Origin: Rotaria socialis | Taxonomy: Eukaryota | Direction of reading: 5' to 3' | Length of the DNA stretch: 64,000 bases | Assembly: GCA_905331295.1 (NCBI GenBank) | Contig: CAJNYD010000031.1 | Span: 1-64,000 of the forward strand | Part shown: positions 41,013 through 52,738 of the stretch, piece by piece | Layout: every line of letters begins with the position of its first letter | How positions within the stretch are numbered: position 1 is the first letter of the stretch | The notes under the pieces: generated by a model | The model's input: only the letters and a program-made list of their open reading frames with translations | Told to the model about the DNA's origin: nothing | Database searches by the model: none | Program-made: the position numbers and the translations under genes

Positions 41013-42013
41013 TAACTGAGAGACTTTTATTTTCCAATGAACACTACTGAAATTGGTGACTATCTGTGTACCTATCCACTTCCAGCCAAGTTTTCTCCAC
41101 CATCTATCCCGCATGATACAGATATCAAAGTCATACCTGTTGGCGCCCATTACTATGCAATAGTCTATAGTACAATGAGAAAGAAATATGTTACTTACGC
41201 TAGTTATTCGTTATCATCTACAAATAGCTATTACTATCTACTTTTCATTTCATTGTTTTTCATGATCATCTATTTTTCTGTCATATAGACACGAAACTCA
41301 GTCAATAATATATATAATGTTATAGTAAGTTTTAGTTAACGCAATTTCTTTCATCAAATTTCTCATATTTCAAGACATGCTCTTATGGATTAATCAACGT
41401 TCAGTCATACATTCTTTTATACTATTTCACCTTTTGTCCCTTGAAATGCACTCAGTATTTGATAATTTAGCACGCTCACCGAATCCCCAGGCGAATGAAT
41501 CCGATCAGATCTTATAAATCCGACGAGCCGACAAAGTCCCATGAGATTCCGGGTTGAGGAGCTACTAACGGGTCCCTAGTGTTGGAATCCGGTGAACATC
41601 CGACCAAATCCAACAGTTGAATTCGATAGGAATTTTAGAAGTCGGATTCTAACGAGATCCTAAAGAAACCTATCGGATTTTCACCGGTTCCTGCAAGAAT
41701 CGATCGGATTCCAACACTAGGATCCGTGAGTGGGTCTGCAACCCGGATTTACTTAGAATCCTGCAGGAACCGATCGAAATCCGATCGAGTCCGGTTGGAT
41801 CCAGGTATCGGATTGTTCGTCCTGGGTCAAGTACTTTGTTTTCTTTTCTCATTGTATTATAGAATATTATATAGTAATGGAAGTCAGCAGTGCTACTCTG
41901 GCAACTGTATCATACGGGATAGATGGTGGATAAAACTTGGCTGGAAGTGGATAGCTATACAGATAGTCACCAATTTCAGTAGTGTTCATTGGAAAATAAA
42001 AGTCTCTCGGTTA
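41013..42013. repeat. Inverted duplication: ~109-bp near-identical core (41013-41121 / 41905-42013), extending more loosely to ~41196 / ~41829
   Basis: Reverse-complement match; the ORF track shows RDRWW.KLGWKWI..QIVTNFSSVHWKIKVS on both strands. Confidence 0.85.
41486..41826. mobile_element. CCCAGG-ended CMC/EnSpm-type MITE (341 bp)
   Basis: Termini CCCAGG...CCTGGG with AATCCGAT subterminal match, 2-bp TSD TC/TC, internal ATCCGA/TCGGAT repeats. Confidence 0.75.
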
Positions 42014-43438
42014 GTCATGAGCGTTTTTATTGTTTCGACGTGAATTTTGCAAATGTTGTATATCGATTACTACTAAGTACTTAAGTTATTCTATTAATTA
42101 AAAGTATAATTACAGAAGCAGTTTTTAGTACTTTTGGAAGTATACTAATAATTACTATCAAAAGTATTTTTAATTACTTCGAAAAGCGATAAAGTAGAAA
42201 TAGTACTTATAATGGAACCTTTTTAAGTGAATATTAGTATACTTATAAGTAAAAGTACTAATAATTACATTTGGAATTACTAATAGGTACTTTTGGAAGT
42301 ACTAAAAAGTACTTTTTACTTATAAGCATAGTAGTAGCCACTATGAAAAAGGTTCAGTTATAAGTATTTTTTGCCCTAGGTGAAAAAATGTTAAAAGTAC
42401 TTATCAGTAACGTTTTTGGATCAAAAGTTTTACATGGGATTCCTCGTTAAAGAATTTACCATTTGTATTTTTTCATCGAAAATCGAAATCGAAACATTAA
42501 ATGAATAATAAAAAGTTCTAAGATGTGAACAAAAACAAAAATAATCAAATTATTCAAAATTTTTCTACGCGCATATCTATCAACAAATGATAAAAACAAA
42601 ACATATAGGACTCCTCGAATAGAGCCATCATTGAATTTTCTTGAGTTATATAAATAGAAGATCTGTAAAATGAATATATGAAGACTGAAGTGATATTATT
42701 TTATTATTTTAGTGCATAAATAGTAAAAGAGCTCCTGTCAGCACTTTTTTATTTTGTTTGTCATTGGAGTAAACAGTTGCATTACTTAACCAGCTCTAAG
42801 AAGTTAAAAATTCTACAGCATGTTTATTTAAATATTTATTTGACAATAATCAATTTTTGAAAACACTTTTTATCATTATAATAATAGTGTAGAATTAAAT
42901 TGTTATACTCAATCTGATAAGAACTATGAGTAGAATAGTATCAAAAAGAGGTTTCATTTCGATTCCATTACGTTTTACAATTCTCTGTTGTAAAAAATTT
43001 GAAGATAAATTTTCAAGATAAAACCAGACTTTTTTATGAATTGTTTTACATCGAGCTATAGTTGAAATGCTTAATACTACAAAAATTTATCTGTCGTCAA
43101 TATTAGAGTAGTTTTGAAAATTGGAATTCTTTTACATTTAATGGAATCAATCAATATCAATTATAAAAGTTCAAAAGAAATGTATTTTGTAGTAGCTATA
43201 CACTCAGTTCTTCAATCATTAATCTTCACTTCTCTTCCAGGTGGAATAATACTAATACTTTTGTTTTATAGTCAGTTTATTGAAAAAACTAGTATTTTAA
43301 TATATGGCCATGCAACTCAAGAGTAGATTAAGAAATTCATACTTCCAATATGAATGCAATGAAAAAGAAAATAACTATTTTTCGTATCATCCTCAACCAT
43401 ATCAATCAATTAGTTTTACTTGATCAATTCTTAACTAT

Positions 43439-45063
43439 ACGTAGGATATCTTGGAGCTGGATTCAAGTATTCCGCAACTGGATTCACCTGCAGGTTATAC
43501 CAAAGCGTAAAAAGACTATACCAACGTAGATCTCGACGAGTTCTATCGATTCCGCTAATTACCTTTTTTTAACAGGACCCTCCATTCAAGGAGAAAAACC
43601 TGAAGTACTAGCAAAAATTAACAAAAAATTCAGTGTTTTTTGTAAAACTTGTCGCGATTCGCTCAAAGGTTAGACCAAACGACGAAGCTTTATCAGGAGA
43701 CAGAGCTTGAGATGCTCTATCGAATGATCACCATTCCGGCCAAATTCCATTATCCGATCCCTGAAAAACCAACTGAACAAGATCTGGAGTCGGATTTTCT
43801 CTGTAACTCGCACCGGGATTCACCTGTAGGTTATACCAAAAGATAAAAGTGGTATACCAAGATAGAACTCGCCGAGCTCTACCGAATGAATATCTTTCGA
43901 GCACTATTTCATGCTAAGATCCCCTCCGAAAGGGCAAATTCAGATCATCGTTCAACATTCATTAGAATTAGTATTTCTTTTTTTTGTATCTAACATACAA
44001 AAGCGAACATTAATAGATTTTGTTTCCTTTATATTCAAGATGGAAATATGTTTCTAAGTCTTCTTTTTTATGTGTTAGATTTTATTTTTATTTTTTTCTA
44101 ATTCTAATATCTTTTTAATTTGAAATAGTTGAGATGTTCGTAAATCAACGAAATTCTAATATTTTATTTTATTTTATTTTCGTCAAGAAATTGTATATAT
44201 GAAGAAAGAGAAAAGAAAACTATTGGTGAATAGGGTCTTATTTGTATGAAGTCCAAAAACAGAGAAAAATGCTTTTTTCTTCTTCATACGTTAAGAACCT
44301 TATTAGCCAATAGCTTTTTTCCTATGCCTCCACATGTATCGTTTTTTCAAGAAAATAATAAAATATGAATAAGATGATGTCGTTTACTTACCGTCATATC
44401 AAACCGTTCAAATCAAACAGGACTAAAAATTATTAGGAAAAAAACAAAATAATAAAAGAATAAGAAATCTTTAGCTTTTTTCTTTCAAAAAAATAAAATT
44501 TATTAATGTTTAATTTTATGTGTTGGGTACAAAACCAAAATAGAAAAACAATAAATTTTCTAAGGAACCTTGGATTAAGATCTGGATTTGCTCTTTCGGT
44601 GGGGATGCTAGCATGGAATTGAGCTTAAAAGGTGTCTATTCGGTAGGACTCGGCGAGTTTTATCTTGGATAACCTACAGGTGAATCCCGGTGCGAGTTAC
44701 AGAGAAAATCCGACTCCAGATCTTGTTCAGTTGGTTTTCAGGGATCGGATAATGGAATTTGGCCGGAATGGTGATCATTCGATAGAGCGTCTCAAGCTCT
44801 ATCTCCCGATAAAGCTTCGTCGTTTGGTCTAACCTTTGAGCGAATCGCGACAAGTTTTACAAAAAATACTGAATTTTTTGTTAATTTTTGCTAGTACTTC
44901 AGGTTTTTCTCCTTGAATGGAGGGTCCTGTTAAAAAAAGGTAATTAACGGAATCGATAGAACTCGTCGAGATCTACGTTGGTATAGTCTTTTTACGCTTT
45001 GGTATAACCTGTAGGCGAATCCAGTTGCGGAATACTTGAATACAGCTCCAAGATATCCTACGT
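43439..45063. mobile_element. Long-TIR (foldback-like) element: arms ~43439-43946 / 44579-45063 around an AT-rich spacer, upstream of caprin
   Basis: About 395 bp of near-identical reverse-complement outer arm (ACGTAGGATATCTTGGAGCTG... / ...CAGCTCCAAGATATCCTACGT), then about 100 bp of diverged inner arm. The terminal ACGT may be a palindromic TSD. Confidence 0.85.
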
Positions 45064-45595
45064 GCATGGTAACTACCTGCATTGATGCACTGGTCGAAAC
45101 GTTTTAGGAACATTAGAATCAAAAGGAGTAAGTATAATATTTCTAGATTTTCTTTCTATGTGATTAGATGATTTCAGAATAATCCTTATACATAAATTAT
45201 TTCGAACGGATTTTGTCTTCATTGACACATAAGGACATCTGTTAATGACTTATGTATATATTAAACTTATTTTATTGTTTATATGAAATAAGTAATTGAA
45301 TATAATCTTATATAAATAAAAATAAAAATAAATCCAGTTAAAATTGACTGCTTAAAACTACTACCATAGATTTGTCCTTATGGATTGGCCTCCTCAGTCT
45401 CCCTTTAAGTTTCTATAAGAATCCATTTAAGGGCAATATTTGCTTATTTTACATTTGTTCGACGTAATTTTTCTCTGTAAATGCGACATTGTTTTAGATT
45501 TTGATTTTATTTTTCAAAAACAAAAAAAATCTAGAAACTTTGTTTATTATTCTTGTTTTTGACTTGATCATCCACATAAATTAGTATTGATGAGA

Positions 45596-47670
45596 ATGCC
45601 GTCTGGTACTGATTTTCAACAACAACAACAACAACAACAAACATCATCAAATAACCATGGAAAATCTACACCACCACCGCCACCACCAACACAACAAACA
45701 ACATCAATGGATCCAAATAGTAATGATCCAATAATACAAGCTATTCTCGTTTTAGAAAAAAAACAGCGAAATTTAGGAAAACGAAAGGTACTTTCTTTCT
45801 TAAACATTCTTTTCCTAAAGAATTCACTTCCGTTTTTTGTTCAGGAGAAATTAGAAATTTATGAAAAAGAAGCAAAAGATGGTAAAGAATTAAATAAAGA
45901 TCAGAAAGAAGCATTAGCTAAATATCCTGAAGTTCTTGGTCAAATCGAATGTGTTAAAGAACTCAGTGAACAATTTAAAAAAATTCAAACAGAGGTTTTC
46001 TTTTTATTTATTTACTTTTTTTCGTAAATCGTTATCAAAAAAAATTATTTTAGTCAGTCAAAAATCAGAAACGTCTTTCAAAACAAGCAACTGAAGAAAA
46101 GCGCTTATTAATCTCGGAACGTTTACGTGAATATGCACAAATTCGATATTTATTTGATCATCGACCAACAGTTAGCCAAGAAATTTAGAAAAAAACTAGT
46201 CGTCAATTCTCATATCTATTTTTATTTCAGTCATTAAAACCTGAAGAATCAGCATTGTTAGATGCGTTATCTGCTATAATAATCCCATCAGATAACTCAT
46301 TAAATTCAATATCTCGTTCAGTCGATACGGTTTTATCAATTTATCAAGGTGGTCCATCATCGATAATAAAAGCGGTTACAGGAAAAACACCACAAGAACT
46401 ACGGGAAATATTCGAACAATTCATAAAAGATATTGATCTTCAAACAACTTCTACTTCGTCTTCTGTACCTCCTCCACAAGAAGAACAAAGAAAAGAAACA
46501 AAAGAAACAAATGATATTCAATCAGCTAATAGAAATATAAATGAATATCCATCACAATTTGATACAAGAAATGAAAATATTCCACTTGAACAAATTATAC
46601 AAAATAGTCCTTTCTTTTCTATTGACATGAATAATCAACAAACTCAAGACAATAATCGCGATCAATCACCTGATCCAAATCAATATTTACAAACATTTAC
46701 TGTAGTCAATTCAAGTAAACGCATTTTTATTCGAAATCTTTATTTTTCGATTTCGATTTCATTTTATTTTTTATTCAGACATTAATGATCAAACGTCATC
46801 ATCGATGCAAAATCAACAACAAGAAGAATCAGCTAAGGTTGTTTCTACAAATGATGATCAACACCATTTAGATGAACAATGGCAACATCAAGGCGGTAAT
46901 GGAGCTACTCAAAGAACAGTACAATATCATAATGGAAGTGGAAACAAGCATTATAATCGTGGTGGACCAAATTCTTATCATCAGCAACAATGGAGAGGAT
47001 CACGTAATTATTTTTTTGGAGGTTTTTATTTTATAAATAGAAATATTTCTCGGTTAAAGAATTCGACTGAAAAAATACTCTCCTATTGTATATGAGTTGA
47101 TGCTAAATATAGTGATTATTTATCTAATGAACTTTGAAAGATTTGTTTTTTTTGACAAAAATAGAAATCGTTTTTTAAGCGTAAGAAATGTATATTTCAA
47201 TATATTAAAATAATCTCCTTGTCTGATCTATGATAGATTAGGCATTCTGTCCAAGGATAAAAGCATAGTCAAGCCAAGGCGAGATATACAATTATATATG
47301 CAAAGAAATCCTCTTGCATAAGTTAACCATCGAGACCTTGACTTCTATTTTGCCAATAAATAAGATACTATTTTTAATTATTATAAGGTGGTAGTCGATA
47401 TGATAACTCTTACGGTAATGGCCAACGACAATTCAATGATAGCAACCGAGCAAGAAATGGATCTAGTTCGAACTATCGTGGTAAGAAGTAACATCGACTT
47501 AAATATATTCACTTGTAAATTATTTTGAAGGTAATCGTGGAGGAAATCCTCGTGGTGGTAATCGTGGCTATTATAATAATTCGAACGAATATCAAAAACC
47601 TGCTCCATATCAACAAAATAATGAACAACGTCAACAAATTCGATCAGCTCCTCCATCGGAACAACAATGA
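45596..47670 (+). CDS. CAPRIN: Caprin-family RNA-granule protein, ~466 aa; exons 45596-45787, 45845-45994, 46054-46170, 46231-46714, 46779-47003, 47388-47480, 47531-47670
   Basis: MPS start; HR1 coiled coil IQAILVLEKKQRNLGKRKEKLEIYE...GKELNKDQKEALAKYPEV; C-terminal RGG-rich low-complexity tail. GT-AG introns keep frame. Confidence 0.88.
47216..47350 (+). ncRNA. Candidate two-hairpin structured intronic RNA (H/ACA-like) in caprin intron 5
   Basis: Stems TCCTTG/CAAGGA, TCTGATCTA/TAGATTAGG, AGTCAAG/CTTGACT and TATGCAA/TTGCATA, with an ANANNA-compatible hinge. No canonical ACA tail. Confidence 0.3.
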
Positions 47671-48237
47671 TTGATTGACTTACGTTTCAATTTTTTCCTA
47701 GTTGAGTGACAGTTTATCTATGATGACGTTTTCTTGTTTGTTGTGTTATCTCGTTAAAAAAAGCTCTCTTTACTGATGATGAAATACCTTTGTCTTTTTT
47801 CTACCATTTCTTTTCTCATTTTGTTTCTGCTCTTGGGTGTGATGACCATGTTACGATGATTAAGAGAAGAAAAACAAATTTATTATTTGTGTGTTTATTC
47901 AAACAGATAATAAGAGGATTAACACAAATTTTGATAACTACTTAATTATTCTAGCCTGTGAAAATAGTTTTCGATATTTCTCAGAAGAGATATCAAATAG
48001 AAGCAATCGACATTGGATATATTTTCAAAGAAGAAATTCAGTCGATGGAAAGTCACATTTTGTTCTTCTAATTATACAAAAAAATTACAACTATTGATAG
48101 TTTACAATTGATAAGTCGGAAGATAATTGCATCTGAAATGTCAAGATGAAAGAGAATATTTGTATTGCATTAGAATAGTTCTTGTTTATATTATCTGTAT
48201 AGAAATAAATCGAACAGAGGACCCAAAAAAGGAGATC

Positions 48238-48310
48238 TGCCCCGGGTGAGGATCGAACTCACGGCCTTCAGATTATGAGACTGACGCTCTACCGACTGAG
48301 CCACCGCGGC
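48238..48310 (-). tRNA. trnM: tRNA-Met (CAT), elongator type
   Basis: GCCGCGGTGGCTCAGTCGGTAGAGCGTCAGTCTCATAATCTGAAGGCCGTGAGTTCGATCCTCACCCGGGGCA: 73 nt, CAT anticodon, GTTCGA T-loop, T6 Pol III terminator at 48230-48225. Confidence 0.95.
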
Positions 48311-48793
48311 GAAAATAATATCAACAAAATAGAGATTTATCGATACATAAATTATTCTAGAATAGATGATTCAACGATTATTGTCATTTTATATGAGTGG
48401 ATATCTTTATCTTATCTGGTCAAGTGTTATGGATAGACTTGCGTAGGAATTCTTTTTTCTCCAGTCAACATCAAAGATATTGTTGGGAATTATTCAATTA
48501 GAGATTTGAGGGTGTGGGTGTTTGGGTGTTACTCTGACCTGAAGCAGGACTGGGTGAGTTTCTACGAGCCGTTTCAAAAAAAAATTTTCGCTCTTGAGAT
48601 AATAGATTTTTTGTAAGAGCATCCTCCTCAAAAATTGACTATTTTGTGATTTTTTATCAGACTTATATCTCGTCAAGAAAGTATTTGTTTTGCTTGAAGT
48701 TTTTACTGTATGTGCATCTTTAGTTGAGACATTTTTCCTTAAAATATGAGCTCGAACAGATGAATGATCGATGAGTTGAGCTTCAGTACCGTA

Positions 48794-48988
48794 CCCAGGT
48801 CGACGATTACGGACTTCGTATACGCTTCCTATACGACCGCAAACGAACGTATTTTAGCGTTTTACATGGTCCAGTATTACAGTCGTATATCGGCGTGACC
48901 GTATACGGAGAAATACGGAATAAAACGGAGATTGTATTACGAACTGTGTATACGACGACCGTAAACGACCGTACTTGTTTGATCTGGG
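48794..48988. mobile_element. CCCAG-ended CMC/EnSpm-type MITE (195 bp)
   Basis: Termini CCCAGGTCGA... / ...TTGATCTGGG, internal CGTA/TACG repeats. Relatives at 6810-7033, ~7660-7738 and the end at 40850. Confidence 0.7.
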
Positions 48989-49220
48989 CAGGTAGATTAA
49001 AAAAATGTAATGTTTCAAGAATGGAACAAGACTATTTTTAAACGATTTGCGCATGAATTCATCAAACACTTGCCTCTATCATGCAAAAAAAGTGTCAGTT
49101 AAATGAACCGTTGTTGATTAAGCAGGTCAGTTGTGATTTATCTAGACTGCTATAAAATAAAATATCTTCTATGGTACAATGAGGAAAATGCGTTTTTGTT
49201 TTGAAATATATTGCAAATTA

Positions 49221-49410
49221 CTCAGGGGAATGATTCCGACAGTAGAATCCTATCGGATTCGTGTCGGAAGCTTATAGGATATAGTATGGATTTCATTAAA
49301 TCGACGAAACCCTATCGGTATCCGGGTGTGCGACCGACAATCGGAATCCTAGTGTTGGACTCCGATAGGTTCTAGTGTCGGAATTTAACGGAATCCAACA
49401 TAAGCATTCG
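49221..49410. mobile_element. Truncated relative of the 41486-41826 MITE
   Basis: Shares TAGTGTTGGA.TCCG and ATCGGATT motifs with 41486-41826 and starts CTCAGG. Confidence 0.5.
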
Positions 49411-49666
49411 CCCAGGCAGAACTCGTATGGCGGGAAACGTGGCAGCAGTATTCCGGTCGGAATTTTTCCTGTGAATTCCCAGCGATTTCCTGTGCTTTCA
49501 GGCAGTAACCGATTGGAAAATCACCGGAAAACAACCAAAAATTTCCGGCCGAAACACTGCTTCCGATTCCCGCGATTTCCAGCGTTTTCCTACAGGATAC
49601 GGTGGTTTTCCCCGCATTTTCCTGCCGGTTCCCGCAGTATCCGTTCTCAGGAATCATTGACCTGCG
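49411..49666. mobile_element. CCCAGG-ended MITE, same family as 50254-50541
   Basis: Starts CCCAGGC and ends GAATCATTGACCTGCG. Shares GCAGTATTCCGG.CGGAA and TTTTCCGCATTTT motifs with 50254-50541. Confidence 0.7.
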
Positions 49667-50253
49667 TGTCCAGCACAGACACTACGTGAATTCAACAGGG
49701 TACTCTGCCCTGCCCGGGCCACATAGCCGAATAGAAACAGGATGTATTTTTAATTTATGCTCTTTTTTTCAATAGGGCATGACAGGGTTCAAAAACTCAC
49801 CCTGTGGAGATCTGTGGTAAGAAACAACAAAGAAAATTATTGTTGCTCACCGGAAAAATAACGAGTTACAATGGCTGGTAGTAATCCTCTATCCTCCACT
49901 GCGGACAATGCTACTCATGAATGTCATCCTCTCAAAGAATATAGCGCGAGTGCAACAAATCAGGTGGTAATAAATTTTATCTTATATTGGTATCGCGAGT
50001 ATCTATAACAAATAGGTGCACATCATCAAAAACTAGACACTAACAAGATCTTATATAACTTTTTATTCTAAATTCCTATGGGCATATATGTTACAACAAT
50101 GGACATGTCTCACATTGTATGCGTGACTACGTCGTCGGGATTGGATAGATTGCATCTGATCCGGTGAGTCGATATAAATAACGATCACTTGCCTACCTGC
50201 CACCTACATCTACCCATTTGATATGAAAACTGTATGCATTCTAGCTATAGCCT

Positions 50254-50541
50254 CCCAGGCCGTAGAGGTACGGTGGGAAACGGCAGGAAAGGACGGGAAA
50301 TCGCTGGAAAGTGGAAGCAGTATTCCGGCCGGAAATTATCGGAATTTTTTCCTAAGGATTCCGGTCAGTTTCCTGTAGTTTCCGGTTGGAAGATGATCGG
50401 AATATACCGGAAAAAAATCCGTCAATTTCCGGTAGGAATACTGCTTCCACTTTCTAGCACTTTCTGGCCAGATACGGTGATTTTTCCGCATTTTACCGGT
50501 CGGTCCCTAAGGTATCCGTCCTCCAGAATCATTGACCTGGG
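50254..50541. mobile_element. CCCAGG-ended MITE (288 bp)
   Basis: Termini CCCAGG...GAATCATTGACCTGGG with internal palindromic CCGGAA/TTCCGG repeats. The reverse complement of its right end recurs at 40092-40122. Confidence 0.75.
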
Positions 50542-51937
50542 GCGCTTTATTCATTGTCATATTCATAGAAAAGTTTCACTTGTGTATAGGAAGGTTCCAT
50601 TTCAGTTTGGAGATTTTGATTACATATGAAATGATTGTTTCGGTTTGTGTGACTCATTGAGGGGGCGAAGTTGGCTTTTTCTTCTAAAATGAAAGCCAAT
50701 GAAAAAATTGATGTTTTGTTTTCATTCAACATTTTTTCATTCATATTCACTAACTCAATGCAATGATGTATGATCAATTTTTCGCAATAGTAAGTTAGAT
50801 TCTGTATTCTGTATCTGTATTCTACTATCTTATTATATTGATTGCAAACATATATTTTCTTGTAGTTTGCGTTTGATGAGTCATTATATGAATCGTACTG
50901 TTGATTTTAGTTACTTTAGTATTACACTTACAGCCGTTAAATAATAACACTAGTAGGAAGTTAAATAAAAATACGGATTCCAAGTTTACTGTTAACTTGA
51001 AATATTTTCAAAATTTGTATATACATGCCATTAAATGAATTAAGTAAAGAAAATGACTTTCACCCTAACGAATGAAGAGGTTATATTTAAATTATAATTA
51101 CAGTTCGGTATTATTTTAAGCAGTATCTTCGTGAAAAATCAAGCACAAAGGCACGCTGTATATTTAACTCTTACGTTTTCTTATACTCTTGTAGAACTAT
51201 TTATATTAATCATTTTAGTTTTATGATTTTCTAGTTTAATCTAGAAATAATTCTATGAAACTTCTGTAGTCGAAATTTTACAATCTCAATTTTTGTAATG
51301 CCGAATTCTATCCGCATTTCGATAGTGGTCCTTCTGAATAAAGGCAATGCAATTTTATCCTCAGAATTTTATTGTCGAATATCAACTGGAAATACGAGGA
51401 AGGATAGATGTGAAATGAGCAACGAAGCGTACAACACTTGTAGTGCTTATTCAATATATAGGAGTTGTCCGAAAACTCTCCAATGAATTACTTTCGTGAG
51501 TCCCCGGGAAGTTTTATAGAGAATTTCAACGGATATGTTGAGGGAGAGTTTACTAGAGATATATCGCTTTTTTGAATATGATCATTATTATTAGTGAACT
51601 ACGTGTATGAATAAACTGTTCTTCTAGTTAATTCCAATCTATTAATACTAAGATTGATAAGTAAGAATTACTATGGGTTATCACATTTTTTTTATTGTAA
51701 ATTTTCAAGTTTAACAAATTACGAATAAAACAGCAGATGAAATGTTAATTCAATTTCTGAATAAATTATCATTAGATTCTTTTTGTGTTGTTATTGTTGG
51801 CTTGAGAATTATTATAGCTCACTAGTCACGTTTTTAAAAGGGGATGATCGTTTAGAAAATATCGATATCAACCATGTTGACTACGAACGTGAGTATAAGC
51901 ACAGATGCAACAGTGATGATAACCGTAGGTTCAGTAA

Positions 51938-52199
51938 TACGGGTATAACAGTTCTCAGATCTAAGTTCAGGTCAAATAAGCAAAAGAACTCTTCGAACAG
52001 TTCTTAGATCTGATCTAAGAACTGTTAGGATCTACACTGGGATGATGTCTACATCGATATAGAAGTCTCTTATGGGATCTGATCTTATTTGATCTGCTTG
52101 AACAATTCAGATCAAATCAAAAGAACTGTTTGAACAGATCTAGGGAACTGCCTGAACAGTTCTTTGAATAGGAACTAAAACTGGACTGTCATACCCCTA
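51938..52199. mobile_element. hAT-family MITE (262 bp) about 110 bp upstream of the TRAF-like TATA box
   Basis: TIRs TACGGGTATAACAGT / ACTGTCATACCCCTA, 8-bp TSD TTCAGTAA/TTCAATAA, internal AGATCT and GAACTG/CAGTTC repeats. Confidence 0.75.
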
Positions 52200-52738
52200 T
52201 TCAATAATTGGTTCATATCGTATGATGTGTTATACGAATTTCCAAAATTAAATGAATTCCGAAAGCAACAATATTTGCATAAAAACTAGCTTGTGTCAAG
52301 TGATATCTATAAAAGAAACACGCGCAAATTAAGTATTTCTATCTTGAATAAGACAAAAACAGCGTATACTCACTTGAACATACACTCATAAGCGACCATC
52401 CTAGATGTAGGTGGTAAGCAGCACGAATATGCTCGTTCAGACACACATAGGCTATCACAAAATATACGTTCTCATTTTCTTGATGTAGAAAACATTAATC
52501 AAAATGTAAACGATTCTAACAGATTCAATTCAATCTAAGAGCCATGATTTGGTGAAATTATAGTGTTTTTTAGAATTCCATAAAAAATTGCTGCTTTCTT
52601 ATAGCCATCGTGTTATAGGTTTTTTGTCATTTCAACGTTCAATTTTTCAGAAAAATAATCGTTTCACATTGATATTCGTAAACTTAGAACAATCAATTGC
52701 GCAAAACCTGTGGAAATAGAATCGGCTCCAATTTTGAG

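Larger units (their letters stand above)
39800..42438. mobile_element. CMC/CACTA-like non-autonomous element hosting nested insertions
   Basis: TIRs CCCGTGTAAAAC / GTTTTACATGGG (11/12), 2-bp TSD AT/AT. Both subterminal regions are dense in AAGTACTT-like repeats. Confidence 0.7.

Noticed and set aside
48500..48790. Probable additional repeat element next to the tRNA (also ~6320-6610)
   Set aside because: The composition looks transposon-like, but I could not define TIRs, a TSD or a second copy.
49375..50629. ORFs of 90-131 aa (49375-49689, 49385-49657, 50234-50629)
   Set aside because: They coincide with GC-rich palindromic MITEs and carry no transposase or other domain motifs.
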